A stretch of DNA of 64,000 nt from Candidatus Woesearchaeota archaeon. GTDB lineage: Archaea > Nanobdellota > Nanobdellia > Pacearchaeales > GW2011-AR1. Position numbers and translations under genes: made by a program. Under the pieces are notes generated by a model. That model worked only from the letters and a program-made list of their open reading frames with translations, was not told the DNA's origin and ran no database searches. Numbering within the stretch: the stretch's first letter is position 1; each line of letters begins with the position of its first letter. This document shows, piece by piece, positions 27,337-37,752 of the stretch. Location of the stretch: the NCBI GenBank assembly GCA_964428325.1, contig CAYRXU010000002.1, positions 8,505 to 72,504 on the forward strand. The letters run 5' to 3'.

Positions 27337-28785
27337 CTAGTAACTCCTGCCTACATACACCACTTTGCTAGCATTCTCGCCACAAACAACGCACTTACCT
27401 GAAGCCTTCTCGGCCTTCAAATTAGTGCCCCTCACTTGTGCCCCTGTCGCCTCAGCAAGCTTGTCAGCACACCTAGTGCCTTCACTTCCAGTAGAGCAGA
27501 AACCACAACGCGCAACTTTCCCATCTTCAACGAGTTTCTTTACATCTGCAACAGATTTAGCATCCTTAATACGTCCTTCAAACAATTTATCAGCTTCTTT
27601 CGTAAGATGAGGCGTATATTGTTCTGCCGCTTTCTCCACGTACTCGACAAGTTCTTTCTCGCCGATCAATTCCTTCTTATTCGTATCCCTTCTAAACACG
27701 CTCAATTTCTTCTCTTTCAATTCTTTATCTCCAAGATCGATACGCAAAGGCACGCCCTTCAACTCCCACGTGTGGAATTTCTCGCCAGGACTATTTTCAC
27801 TCACATCAATATGAACACGATAACCTTCAAGCTGCTCTTTTAGTTTCTCGGCGTTCTCACGGGCCTTCTCACTCAAAGGTACAATTACAACCTGATAAGG
27901 AGCAATATCCCAAGGTAATCGCAAGCCCTTATCATCACCATGGACGATAATTACACTCGCAAAAATACGAGAAACAGCAGGACCATAACACGTAGAATAA
28001 GGAGTCTTATCCTTCCCATCTTTATCCTTATACGTTACGCCAAATGCCTTCAAGAAATCCTGCTTGATCATATGAGTCGAAGGCTGTTGTACAAACTTTC
28101 CATCAGGATTCAGCACATCTGCAGCAAAAGTTCTATCTGCTCCAGGAAACTTATCCCAATAAGGCCTCTCAAAGAAGATAAAAGGCAGCCCAAGAGTATC
28201 ATGTAAAACTTCCTTAGTAGTATCCATATCTTCATGCACTTGCTCCATCGCCTTCTCGCTGCTATTGAAAAGACAGTGGGTCTCAATCCAATGGAATTCG
28301 CGTGATCTCAAGAAGGGTCGAGTCGCTTTGGTCTCGTATCTAAAAACTTGCGCACGTTGATAGCTCTTGAAAGGTAATTGCTTATACGATCTAAGCCATA
28401 GCGCGAACATCTGATAGAAAGCAGTCTCAGAGGTAGGTCTCAAGGCAAGTTTCTCTTCAAATTTGCTATCTCCACCCTGTGTAATCCAAAATACTTCAGG
28501 AGTGAATCCCTTGATATGTGAACTTTCTCTTGTTAAATTTCCTTCAGGAATAACAGTAGGAAACCAATAAGGTTCATGTCCCTTACGTCTCAATACTTGC
28601 TCCAAATGAGAATAAATCAATTCCATTGCTCTAACAGACCAAGGCTGAAACACAAGAAAACCCTTTACATTATAACGCAAGTCAGCAAGTTCGGCTTTCT
28701 GAACAACATCTGAAAACCAGTTGGAAAAATCTCCAGATTTCGTCGCAGACAAACCCTTTACATCTTTACCAGCCATAGAAAACAA
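27337..28785 (-). CDS. proS: prolyl-tRNA synthetase, archaeal/eukaryotic type
   Basis: Class II motifs, C-terminal Zn domain (CGFCSTG...CVVCGE) and terminal ...YVGRSY. Confidence 0.9.
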   Translation of the reverse strand: MFSMAGKDVKGLSATKSGDFSNWFSDVVQKAELADLRYNVKGFLVFQPWSVRAMELIYSHLEQVLRRKGHEPYWFPTVIPEGNLTRESSHIKGFTPEVFWITQGGDSKFEEKLALRPTSETAFYQMFALWLRSYKQLPFKSYQRAQVFRYETKATRPFLRSREFHWIETHCLFNSSEKAMEQVHEDMDTTKEVLHDTLGLPFIFFERPYWDKFPGADRTFAADVLNPDGKFVQQPSTHMIKQDFLKAFGVTYKDKDGKDKTPYSTCYGPAVSRIFASVIIVHGDDKGLRLPWDIAPYQVVIVPLSEKARENAEKLKEQLEGYRVHIDVSENSPGEKFHTWELKGVPLRIDLGDKELKEKKLSVFRRDTNKKELIGEKELVEYVEKAAEQYTPHLTKEADKLFEGRIKDAKSVADVKKLVEDGKVARCGFCSTGSEGTRCADKLAEATGAQVRGTNLKAEKASGKCVVCGENASKVVYVGRSY

Positions 28786-28827
28786 AAGAAAAAATCCTTA
28801 TTAAACGTTGTTATACTCTAACCAAGC

Positions 28828-29787
28828 TTAAGACAAATCCTGTATCTCATCGGCACTCAATGCGCGATTGTAAAGTCTCAAATCATCAATGCTTCCTCCA
28901 ATGCCAATGCGTGAATCGCCCCATGTGGCATTTACAACGCGTCCAACCATAAGAGGGCCGTTGCTATTATGAATGCCTGAAGCTAATGTTGGCTGTGAGC
29001 ATGTCTGTACAAGGTCTCCATCAACATAAATCTTCATGGTCTGGTCGTCCCCATTAGCAACAGCAGCAAGATGTACCCATCTATTGAAAGGTACGCTGCC
29101 TGTAGAAAGAAGACAGTCTACCTTACCGGTGCCAAAGCGATTTGCAGGAGTAACATCAAATTCAGCACCACCATCATTGCGGACCCAAAGTCCATATTCA
29201 CGATTGCTGCAATCATTAGGAGCCCGACAATCCAGAGTCCCATCATTCTTAAGAACGATAGCCCCCCAAGTCGAGCGGATTGAATTAACATGAACCCATG
29301 TTGCGATGCTAACGCTTGAAGAAGGATGTAAACTCGAATCATCATTCGCCAAAAGAATATTATCAAATCCGTCGAAGACGGCAGCCCGACCTATCCGACC
29401 ATCAGCAGTTGCAGGACAAGCATTTCCAGAACAGGTAAGACTATTGCCTTCCCCAGAAGAGTCGCCAAAGGACGTAACGTTTCCACTTTCATCAAACTTA
29501 AACCATGCGAACAATCCCTCAGTCAGAGAGTCTCTCTCAGATCCTGAACTTCTATGGCGTCTAGTTTGAGGAAACAGTGTAGAAGGATAAGGGTCGTTAC
29601 TTGCATCATATATTAAGGGTATATTAGACCTTGCTGAAACAAAAATGTAATCCGGCTCAACAACAGTCTTTTTTACAGGAACAGGATCACCTAGTAAAAG
29701 GAAAAAAGAGAAAAGCAAGACTCCAAGAATGAAAAGAGCAACCAATCCAACAAGCAAAATAACAGCGCGACCTTGTGATGTCATCAA
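28828..29787 (-). CDS. membrane-anchored LamG/concanavalin-like lectin-domain protein
   Basis: N-terminal TM. The C-terminal IDDLRLYNRALSADEIQDL is typical of the LamG_3 domain. Confidence 0.65.
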   Translation of the reverse strand: MMTSQGRAVILLVGLVALFILGVLLFSFFLLLGDPVPVKKTVVEPDYIFVSARSNIPLIYDASNDPYPSTLFPQTRRHRSSGSERDSLTEGLFAWFKFDESGNVTSFGDSSGEGNSLTCSGNACPATADGRIGRAAVFDGFDNILLANDDSSLHPSSSVSIATWVHVNSIRSTWGAIVLKNDGTLDCRAPNDCSNREYGLWVRNDGGAEFDVTPANRFGTGKVDCLLSTGSVPFNRWVHLAAVANGDDQTMKIYVDGDLVQTCSQPTLASGIHNSNGPLMVGRVVNATWGDSRIGIGGSIDDLRLYNRALSADEIQDLS

Positions 29788-29849
29788 AACTCGTTCATTA
29801 ATAACTATATAAAGATTACGTGTGTAACTCTTGTATAATTACTACAGAA

Positions 29850-29921
29850 TGGGCCCAGGAGGAATCGAACCCCCGTCAACGGATCCGAAGTCCGCTATTC
29901 TATCCACTAAACTATGGGCCC
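29850..29921 (-). tRNA. tRNA-Arg (anticodon TCG)
   Basis: Hand-folded: acceptor GGGCCCA/TGGGCCC, anticodon arm GCGGA-CTTCGGA-TCCGT, T arm GGGGG-TTCGATT-CCTCC. Confidence 0.85.
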
Positions 29922-29944
29922 TTGAATGATGTGATTAAAATGGG

Positions 29945-29952
29945 TTTTTAAG
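29945..29952 (-). promoter_or_regulatory. TATA-like box of tRNA-Arg(TCG)
   Basis: CTTAAAAA on the minus strand, centred about 27 nt upstream of the tRNA. The same octamer precedes tRNA-Met. Confidence 0.5.
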
Positions 29953-30562
29953 CATGCTGTTTACGCTTGCTCGACTGTAAAAGTAATTGCTGTTCAAGCA
30001 CATCCTGTTCGCTCTTAGTCAAGGTAAAATTCCTGCCAGAAGCCATACGCTGTCTTGTTAATTCAGCCAAAAAGGTAGCTGCAGCCACACTCACGTTTAG
30101 ACTCTCAAGCATCCCTAGCATAGGAATCTTAACTAGGGCATCGCACAATTTCTGCGCCTCAGCAGACATCCCCGAATGTTCATTTCCGACAATAAGCGCA
30201 ACCTTTTTGTGTTTGGCAAAATCATGCGAATAAAGATTAAGTGCCTTGTCATCCAAAACACTTCCAATAATAAAGTATCCTTCCTTCTTCAAAGCAGAGA
30301 CGCATTCAGAGATGGAAGAATGTCCAAAGAAGCTGAGCCATTTGTGTGCAGACGAAGAGCTCGACTTCCCTATCTTCCTAGGATTCCAAGGCTTTTCTTT
30401 CGCGAAAACAAGATGCACATTCTGCACCCCGAAAGCATCGCAGCTCCGAAATATCGCCTCAGCATTGTGAGGATCATGAATATCTTCAATGACAACTGCG
30501 AGTCCATGATGGCGATTGCGCACAACAGTACGTACACGCTCAAGTCTTTTTTCAGAAACCAT
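29948..30562 (-). CDS. SpoU/TrmH-family RNA 2'-O-methyltransferase
   Basis: HDPHNAEAIFRSCDAFGV, VGNEHSGMS and IPMLGMLESLNVSVAAA motifs. The start is set at ATG 30562. Confidence 0.8.
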   Translation of the reverse strand: MVSEKRLERVRTVVRNRHHGLAVVIEDIHDPHNAEAIFRSCDAFGVQNVHLVFAKEKPWNPRKIGKSSSSSAHKWLSFFGHSSISECVSALKKEGYFIIGSVLDDKALNLYSHDFAKHKKVALIVGNEHSGMSAEAQKLCDALVKIPMLGMLESLNVSVAAATFLAELTRQRMASGRNFTLTKSEQDVLEQQLLLQSSKRKQHA

Positions 30563-30643
30563 TAGATAGTATCTCCATAACAATCATAAGATGTTAGGTG
30601 CAAACATTTAATAATTTTTCTCAGTCGAAGATAAAAAAGAGAA

Positions 30644-31657
30644 ATGAACTTACTTATCCATAAAAAAGAAGGAATATACTGCCCTGAAGGCCAGTTCCAT
30701 ATAGACCCTTCCAGTAGTGTAGAAACTGCGTTAATAACGCATGGGCACACAGATCATGTGAGAAAGGGTAGCAAGCACTATATCTGTGCAGAGCCACTTG
30801 AAGAAATTCTAAGACATCGTGTAGGCAAAAAGCCGACCATAACAACCATGCCCTACGGCAAAAAAATAAATCTCAATAACACAACAGTCTCCTTCCATCC
30901 TGCTGGTCACATGCTCGGCTCGTCTCAAATCCGCGTTGAAGCAAACAAAGAAGTCTGGGTGGTTTCAGGAGACTACAAAAGAGATAACGATCCCTCATGT
31001 ACTCCTTTCGAGCCCTTAGAATGCGACGTCTTCATAACCGAAGCCACATTTGCACATCCTAAATACGTCTGGCCATCATCTGCTAGCGTAGTTAAACAAA
31101 TCAAAGGATGGTGGCGCGCGAATAGCGAACAAAATACCACATCAATTCTTCATTGCTATTCTCTTGGTAAAACCCAACGCATGTTATCAGAGCTGTACGA
31201 CAATAAAATCGGAGACATCTTTATCCATAGAGCCATGGAGGCTTTCACGCAGCATTACCGTAACGCGAAAATCAAGCTCGCCCCAGCAGAGGTCATAACC
31301 CCAGAAACATCTTCAGAAAGACTCAAGAAAGCCCTCATAATCGCTCCCCCATCAAGCAACGCAGAATATATGCATCTTCTACAAGACTACGAAGCCGCTG
31401 CAGTTTCGGGCTGGACGCTAGATAATAAGTTCGGGGCACAAGGATTCACAATATCGGACCATGCCGACTGGCCTGCTCTTCTTCACACAATAGCTCAAAC
31501 AAAAGCAAAGAGAGTTCTTGTAACTCATGGCGATCCAACTCATCTTGTTCGACACCTCACAAAACTAGGCGTAAATGCACAACCGTTCGAAAAACCAAAG
31601 ACAATCAGAACAATCCTTGCAGAAGGGCAATACACCCTAAAAAAATTCTTCAATTAA
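30644..31657 (+). CDS. MBL-fold exonuclease of the bacterial DNA-ligase-associated type
   Basis: N-terminus EGIYCPEGQFHIDPSSSVETALITHGHTDHVRKGSKHYICAEP matches the ligase-associated exonuclease family as I recall it. 337 aa. Confidence 0.6.
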   Translation: MNLLIHKKEGIYCPEGQFHIDPSSSVETALITHGHTDHVRKGSKHYICAEPLEEILRHRVGKKPTITTMPYGKKINLNNTTVSFHPAGHMLGSSQIRVEANKEVWVVSGDYKRDNDPSCTPFEPLECDVFITEATFAHPKYVWPSSASVVKQIKGWWRANSEQNTTSILHCYSLGKTQRMLSELYDNKIGDIFIHRAMEAFTQHYRNAKIKLAPAEVITPETSSERLKKALIIAPPSSNAEYMHLLQDYEAAAVSGWTLDNKFGAQGFTISDHADWPALLHTIAQTKAKRVLVTHGDPTHLVRHLTKLGVNAQPFEKPKTIRTILAEGQYTLKKFFN

Positions 31658-32999
31658 GCAACTTCTCAAGCAACTCTCTTGCAACCTTGAAATCTGCTCT
31701 TCTATTAGTTGCTTTCATGACTTCACCCATTAAAAAATTAAGCAACTGCTTCTCGCCTTTCTTGTAGCGCTCAACCTCACCCTTATGTTTTTTGATTAGA
31801 CTCTCAACAATAGGCTTCAACTCTTTCACATCATCCATTTTCTCAGCAACATTCTTCGAAGGATCAAAACTTGCAGGCACAAATTTATTCAATATCTGCT
31901 TTGCTTGTAATTCAGTAATTTTCCCTTCCTTTACAAGTTTAAGCAATGTAACAAAATGTTCAATCTTGATATCGAGTTCGCTCAACTGTTTCTTATTCCA
32001 GTTCAGCACGCGGAACAATTCAATCGTAACCCACGGCAATGCAAACCCTCCATCTATTTTGCCTGCAACTTCTTCAAAGAATACTGCAATGTCAAGATGC
32101 TTAGCCAGTACGGTAGCGTCTTTCTCATCAATTTTATACTTCTTCACAAGTTTCTTGAGCTTCTCTTCAGGCATCTCTGGCAATTCGCTATCGATCTTCT
32201 TCACAAATGATTTCTCAACAACAACCGATTGCAGATCAGGATCAACAATGAATCGATAATCATCCTGTGCTTCCTTACTGCGCATGCGTATCGTGCGCCC
32301 CTTAAGATCATCGTAGCGTCTCGTCTCTCTAACAGAACCTTCTTCGTTCTGGCGTTGCAGCTCATAATTAATCGCCTTCATCACAGCTTCAACAGAACTA
32401 ATATTCTTCACTTCAACTCTCTCAGTCTTTCCAGGAATATTCACATTCACATCACACTTAATGCCAGCATTACTGTCTGCAACCTTAAGATAAGCAAGCG
32501 CATGTGTCAATTTCTGCAACCACTCGCCAACCTCTTCAGCATAATGGAAAGCAGGAGCAGTCACAATCTCTACAAGCGGCAGTCCAGAACGATTATAATC
32601 CACACATCCGCTAGAAGGATCCCAAGAGGCAGGGTCTTCCTCAAGATGCATACTGGAAACTTCAATACCTCCAAAGTTGCCATCGACTCCCAAGGGTGTT
32701 GCATGTGCGCCACTCATAGTTGTCTGATAACCCTTCGGCATATCAGGCCAATCATAATGCTTACGCATCCATCGCATCCGCTCATTAACATTACAACCAA
32801 GCATTCGTGCAATCATCACGGCCTTCTGCACAGCTTCAGCATTTGGAGCCATTGGCTTAGCCCCCGGTTGTCCGGAGCAAACCGGGCAAATATTCACATT
32901 CGGTTTCAATCCCTTCTCGCGCGAAGCAGTACAACGGCAGAACAGTTTTTCCTTCGTAACTAAATAAGTATGTATCTCGAGACCGATAAGACCCTTCAT
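31650..32999 (-). CDS. gatB: Asp/Glu-tRNA amidotransferase subunit B
   Basis: GLEIHTYL, KLFCRCT...CPVCSGQPGAKP and a C-terminal YqeY-like domain. Confidence 0.9.
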   Translation of the reverse strand: MKGLIGLEIHTYLVTKEKLFCRCTASREKGLKPNVNICPVCSGQPGAKPMAPNAEAVQKAVMIARMLGCNVNERMRWMRKHYDWPDMPKGYQTTMSGAHATPLGVDGNFGGIEVSSMHLEEDPASWDPSSGCVDYNRSGLPLVEIVTAPAFHYAEEVGEWLQKLTHALAYLKVADSNAGIKCDVNVNIPGKTERVEVKNISSVEAVMKAINYELQRQNEEGSVRETRRYDDLKGRTIRMRSKEAQDDYRFIVDPDLQSVVVEKSFVKKIDSELPEMPEEKLKKLVKKYKIDEKDATVLAKHLDIAVFFEEVAGKIDGGFALPWVTIELFRVLNWNKKQLSELDIKIEHFVTLLKLVKEGKITELQAKQILNKFVPASFDPSKNVAEKMDDVKELKPIVESLIKKHKGEVERYKKGEKQLLNFLMGEVMKATNRRADFKVARELLEKLLN

Positions 33000-33034
33000 A
33001 AATCTAAAAGAAAAACCTAGTTTTTATACGTTAC

Positions 33035-33709
33035 TTAACAACCGCTTACAGTTCCGCGATACATCTTACCAGTAGAGTCAATACACAAATGAACACTGCC
33101 AGAGCCAGTCAAAGATGGGAACAACACATCCCCATTTCTCTTCAGTATCATCATAGGATCAGAATTAGCTCCGTTCTCCCCGATATCATAGTTAATATGG
33201 AAATCTCCGGTAGAACCAAGCTTAAGGATAGTCCATCCCCAGTAACCTCCAGCAGCATCATTATTGTAAAGCTGAATAGCCGAATTATAGGTAGTACCAG
33301 AACTCAAACGAAGAGCATTCCAATCATCTTGTCGGATATGTGTCTCAGCGCGAGGGTTCTGAGTCCAGATACCAAGTGTGCGACTCTCAGGGAAAAGAGC
33401 AACATCAACTGTCCCAGTAGGGTAAGTTCCGTTAGACAGAAGAAGAGCTCGCGAACCAGTGTTGGTAGTGCCTAAATAAAATCCTCTGCTGCTATCAGTA
33501 GCCCCGCCAAAATGCACTTGTCCTGGAAACCTCCAAACATCCCCGATAGCCCCCCCAAAAGTTCCTGGATTTATCTCTCCCGGAGTATGTCCAAAATCCT
33601 GAGGATTATTCGTACCATAAGCAGTAGCAATGAAAATTCCTCCAATCAATAAAATAAGACCTAAGAAAATGAAAGCATACTTCTTCTCAATCTTCACCTC
33701 TAATGCCAT
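33035..33709 (-). CDS. membrane-anchored secreted beta-rich protein
   Basis: N-terminal TM (YAFIFLGLILLIGGIFIATAY), Gly/Thr/Asn-rich body and C-terminal ...LCIDSTGKMYRGTVSGC. Confidence 0.5.
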   Translation of the reverse strand: MALEVKIEKKYAFIFLGLILLIGGIFIATAYGTNNPQDFGHTPGEINPGTFGGAIGDVWRFPGQVHFGGATDSSRGFYLGTTNTGSRALLLSNGTYPTGTVDVALFPESRTLGIWTQNPRAETHIRQDDWNALRLSSGTTYNSAIQLYNNDAAGGYWGWTILKLGSTGDFHINYDIGENGANSDPMMILKRNGDVLFPSLTGSGSVHLCIDSTGKMYRGTVSGC

Positions 33710-33748
33710 ACACTGCTTACAAAAAAGAACTATATAAATGTAGCGCGT

Positions 33749-34450
33749 TTACTTACCAAAGTTGCGTTTCCGTCGTCCAAATTCTTCAAGCGCTTTCCGC
33801 AATTCAGCAGGTCCAAAATCAGGAAAATGTACAGGTGAAAAGTAAAACTCTGCATATGCCGATTGAAATGGCATGAATCCGCTCAAGCGCTGCTCACCAG
33901 AAGTACGAATAATAAAATCAGGATCAGGAATGCCGCGTGTATCAAGCACGTTTTCAATATCTTTCTCATCAATCTTATTTTTCCCCTTCTTCAAAAGAGC
34001 ATTGAAAGCCCTAACAAGTTCATCTCTTCCCCCATAATCCAAACAAATCTGCACATGAGTTTGATCAAATGACTGCGTTTCTCCCTCAAGAGCTGCAAGA
34101 TCTCTGAGAATATCTTTCGGCAATCTATCCTTGCGACCAATATGTTTGAATCTAATCTTCCTCTTAGCAAATTCTTTCTTGAAATCCTTAAAACTCTCTC
34201 GAAGAAGAGAGAACAAAGCATCAACTTCGTCCTTGTCTCGTTTCCAATTCTCAGTAGAAAAAGCCCATAAAGTCACATAAAGAACTCCCTGCGCAATGCA
34301 CTCATCAAGTAAGGAAAGGATATGCTCAGAAGAAGCGGCAACCTTATGTCCCTGCCACGGTTTGAGCTTCTGCGCCTTAGCCCAACGACGATTTCCATCA
34401 GGGATTATACAGACATGGACAGGTTTGTAGATTATCTCCTTCGCCATCAA
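33749..34450 (-). CDS. uppS: cis-prenyltransferase (undecaprenyl diphosphate synthase family)
   Basis: IIPDGNRRWA, FSTENWKR and IRTSGEQRLSGF motifs. Confidence 0.9.
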   Translation of the reverse strand: MMAKEIIYKPVHVCIIPDGNRRWAKAQKLKPWQGHKVAASSEHILSLLDECIAQGVLYVTLWAFSTENWKRDKDEVDALFSLLRESFKDFKKEFAKRKIRFKHIGRKDRLPKDILRDLAALEGETQSFDQTHVQICLDYGGRDELVRAFNALLKKGKNKIDEKDIENVLDTRGIPDPDFIIRTSGEQRLSGFMPFQSAYAEFYFSPVHFPDFGPAELRKALEEFGRRKRNFGK

Positions 34451-34475
34451 AACCCTACAAAAAATGGCTTTTTAA

Positions 34476-35522
34476 TCATGTCGAAAGATACTTCTGTATT
34501 TCTGTTTTAAACCTTTCAAGATCACCAGTCTTAATACGTGCACCTACTGCCTCAGGATGTCCTCCACCGCGTCCACCCTCAAATTCTCCAATAATCTTCT
34601 CAAGAATATCACGTACCTTCGGCCCTCGTAAAGAAAGATTAGCGTAACTTCCATTTGTATAAGCCACCGCAATAACATGCTTGGGATAAAGATAGGATAA
34701 TTCGTTTGCCAAATCGGAGCTAATGCTCAACTGCCCGCCATAACTGAAAAACAACAACTTATTCCCCTTATGCGTCTTCGCTCGAGGCATAAGCTCATCA
34801 TATTTCTTCTTAATCTCGGTATATTTCCGAGCAAAAGAACTATGTCCTTCAAGCTCAAGCAACATATCATGCGCACTCTTACAGTTAACCACTAAATTCT
34901 GCAAATAAACCACATGTGTTACCGAATCCTTTAATCCGTAGCCAAGTGCTCGCGCAACCTTTCCTATATCTGTTCCGTAATAAGCATCAAAGGGGATTTT
35001 CACTTTCTTACCCCAAAGCTCAGGGTACTGGTCCTTGAAAATCGAGGCAAAATCAGGCAAGTAGTGATCTGCAATACAACCCATAATCGCAATCCAAATA
35101 TCTTCCTGCTTTTGAGTAGCTTGATAACACCAATAAGTAACGGGCTCCTCACTCTTCAACTTCCCACTATTACGCGCAGGATTAAACACGTGCACATTGT
35201 CATAAACTTCAGCAGGAACATCGTGATGATCAATCCAAACAATCGGCAACCCTAATTCACCAATTTCCTTGACGAAAGCCTCTCCTAAAAAAGGCCGATC
35301 CAGCACAAAAACATAGTCTGCATTCAACTCGCGTACCTTCCGAGCATAACCAAGTTCAATATCAGGATGAGACCTCACAGCCACACCCTTCCCCCGACCT
35401 AAAAATCTTCTCAGAAGTACAAAACTACAAAATCCATCAGCATCATTATCATAAAAGAAAATTGGATTCTGCGCTCGTTCTAAATGCTCCTTCAGCTCAC
35501 TCAACTGCTTCTCACTTAACAT
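34476..35522 (-). CDS. DHH/DHHA1 phosphoesterase (second RecJ/GAN-like paralog)
   Basis: YDNDADG, WIDHHD and GGGHPEAVG motifs. Confidence 0.75.
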   Translation of the reverse strand: MLSEKQLSELKEHLERAQNPIFFYDNDADGFCSFVLLRRFLGRGKGVAVRSHPDIELGYARKVRELNADYVFVLDRPFLGEAFVKEIGELGLPIVWIDHHDVPAEVYDNVHVFNPARNSGKLKSEEPVTYWCYQATQKQEDIWIAIMGCIADHYLPDFASIFKDQYPELWGKKVKIPFDAYYGTDIGKVARALGYGLKDSVTHVVYLQNLVVNCKSAHDMLLELEGHSSFARKYTEIKKKYDELMPRAKTHKGNKLLFFSYGGQLSISSDLANELSYLYPKHVIAVAYTNGSYANLSLRGPKVRDILEKIIGEFEGGRGGGHPEAVGARIKTGDLERFKTEIQKYLST

Positions 35523-35560
35523 TTACTCAAATGTAGCTTACTTTATTTAAGACTGCCGCA

Positions 35561-36154
35561 CTAATGTTTCTTAAACCAATTCCACAGAACAACGACACAG
35601 AGTGCACACAATGCTCCGATGAAAAACACGGCCCAAGAGTTAGGTGCATTCGCAAGAAAATGATAAAATTGATCAGAGGCAGTCATCTGTGCAACATCAG
35701 TCATTTTCATCGCGGAGGAATCATAAGCAGCAGCCATCACCGCACTCGCACCTTCAGGAATATTGGCAGCAAAAATCTTAGCCCTATAGCTCGCCTCCCA
35801 AATCTTGATCCCGAGTGCAACAACGCCCGCAACAATAACGCCAGGTACGATACCTCGCAACATACGCTTAGGCGTTATGACAATAGTTCTTTCAGACACA
35901 CGATAAACAGGAACACTCTTACCCTTGGCACTCATAAGCGAGCGTGTCTTTTCAATCAGTCCAGCACGAGCAAGTTTCTTAACATTATAATCCACCGTTG
36001 TCAAGGGCATCTTTAACTCAGAAGCAACTTCACTCGTACTTAGCTCGCTATCCGCCAATAATGAGAGAATACGTTTAGAGCTCTTATTTGTCAGTACGTC
36101 CGCTAGAACACCCATACGCGGATCATCCAGATCAATCATAACTGAGCGACTCAT
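35561..36154 (-). CDS. ArsR-type winged-helix regulator fused to TM helices
   Basis: N-terminal wHTH (RILSLLADSELSTSEVASELKMPLTTVDYNVKKLARAGLI), then two TM segments. Confidence 0.6.
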   Translation of the reverse strand: MSRSVMIDLDDPRMGVLADVLTNKSSKRILSLLADSELSTSEVASELKMPLTTVDYNVKKLARAGLIEKTRSLMSAKGKSVPVYRVSERTIVITPKRMLRGIVPGVIVAGVVALGIKIWEASYRAKIFAANIPEGASAVMAAAYDSSAMKMTDVAQMTASDQFYHFLANAPNSWAVFFIGALCALCVVVLWNWFKKH

Positions 36155-36256
36155 ATTTCCTTATGCCGCCATCGATATATAAACCATAGGAAGACTGCAA
36201 ACACAGTTGTGCTGAAGAAGAAAAACGTTTATATACCCAGGCAGAATAACTAAAAC

Positions 36257-36520
36257 ATGAACAAGTGGTCTGAATTGCTTGCAGGCGTTCTTCTTATCAT
36301 AATCCCAATTGTAATTGCGTTCTACTCAAGAGTTTGGTTCGGAGACGCATGGAACTTCTGGAGCGCAGCAGGTACATTCTTCAAAGGCGGGCTATTCTGG
36401 TTCGTTGTCATGATAGGAGTATTGTTTGTCCTTCTTGGCATCTCTGACCTTAAGGAAAACACGCCGGCTCCAATGCCAGCAAAGCCAGCTGCACCAACAG
36501 CTCCAAAGCGCAAGAAGTAA
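36257..36520 (+). CDS. small membrane protein
   Basis: Three hydrophobic helices with a Pro/Ala/Lys-rich tail. Confidence 0.5.
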   Translation: MNKWSELLAGVLLIIIPIVIAFYSRVWFGDAWNFWSAAGTFFKGGLFWFVVMIGVLFVLLGISDLKENTPAPMPAKPAAPTAPKRKK

Positions 36521-36565
36521 TTTAATTTCTTTTACTGCGCATAGTAAATTCCGAATTCACTTACA

Positions 36566-37720
36566 ATGCAATGCAGAATATGCGGAGAATACGATTGTAC
36601 AAAACACGAGTTTAGCGTAGGCAGAGTTACAAAAAAGACAAAGCTCGAAGGATCCTCTCCCCCAGAAATATTCGTAGGTCGTTGGAATTATCCGAATGTC
36701 TATGCAGGCGTTCTCGCTCCAGAAGAATATGGAGACACACATATAATGTCTTCTGCAGAAAAGTGGCACGCCAATAAACTATCTATATCGGATATCTCAT
36801 CACTCCGGCAAAAGCTAGTCTATGGTCGCACTCAAAGTCACATAAAAAAATCATCGCCCTTCGTAGGCCTCATTAAAGAGATAGCCATGACTCACAAGTC
36901 TATCGCTACCGAACTAAACTTCAAGAAACCCATCCATCCACATGCCGAGAACGACATCACTACACCACTCATCACGCAAGCTGCCCCCATTGAGTATGCA
37001 AGACTACAAGAGAACGCTCCTGTAAAGCCAAAAGTCGACTACATAGTTAATGACACAGATGCAAAGGCCAAGACATCAATCAAGGAGCTTGCAAGCGCAG
37101 GAATCCCTTCAGAAAATATCATGAAACTATTCTCAGCAGGTCTCTTGGGACAACAGTCTGCACGTAAACTAGTCCCAACGCGATGGAGCATCACCGCAGT
37201 TGACGACACATTATCAAAACAACATCTAGAAAAAATACGAGACTATCCGATCTTACAAGAAATTCAACTCTTCCACTCCAATTACCTAGGCAACTATTAC
37301 AACTTTCTAGTGCTTCCTGAAAACTTTGCTTTTGAGGTAATAGAGATATCGCACACAACCCCTACAGTCTGGCAGGATGCAGAAGGTTTCTTCGCAAGAA
37401 AGACTTACGCCGACTCCGTCACAGGAGCTTATTACGCCAATCGTCTTGCATTTACAGAATATCTCACAAAAATAAAACGCCAGGGGGCTTGTCTAGTTAT
37501 GCGTGAGATCAGACCCGAATACAATGCACCTTGCGGAGTAGGCATCTTAAGACAAGCCAGTAGAGAAGCATTCTCCAATATTCCAGAAACCTTCGAGACA
37601 ATACAGCAGGCGCTAGCAAAAGTCCAATCGCGAATGAATTTCTCCATCAACCAATACACCTCTCGTTCGCAACTCCTCAAAAACACTGGAAAACAAAAGA
37701 GACTAACACAGTTCTTCTAA
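36566..37720 (+). CDS. nreA: archaeal Nre-family DNA repair protein
   Basis: N-terminal CRICGEYDC zinc motif. Length and pattern match the Nre (DUF650/DUF651) family as I recall it. Confidence 0.6.
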   Translation: MQCRICGEYDCTKHEFSVGRVTKKTKLEGSSPPEIFVGRWNYPNVYAGVLAPEEYGDTHIMSSAEKWHANKLSISDISSLRQKLVYGRTQSHIKKSSPFVGLIKEIAMTHKSIATELNFKKPIHPHAENDITTPLITQAAPIEYARLQENAPVKPKVDYIVNDTDAKAKTSIKELASAGIPSENIMKLFSAGLLGQQSARKLVPTRWSITAVDDTLSKQHLEKIRDYPILQEIQLFHSNYLGNYYNFLVLPENFAFEVIEISHTTPTVWQDAEGFFARKTYADSVTGAYYANRLAFTEYLTKIKRQGACLVMREIRPEYNAPCGVGILRQASREAFSNIPETFETIQQALAKVQSRMNFSINQYTSRSQLLKNTGKQKRLTQFF

Positions 37721-37752
37721 GAGAAGGTAATTAAAACAGAAAATCTATAGAA

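Noticed and set aside
32229-32963. 244-aa plus-strand ORF
   Set aside because: It is antisense to gatB, the same antisense-frame artefact.
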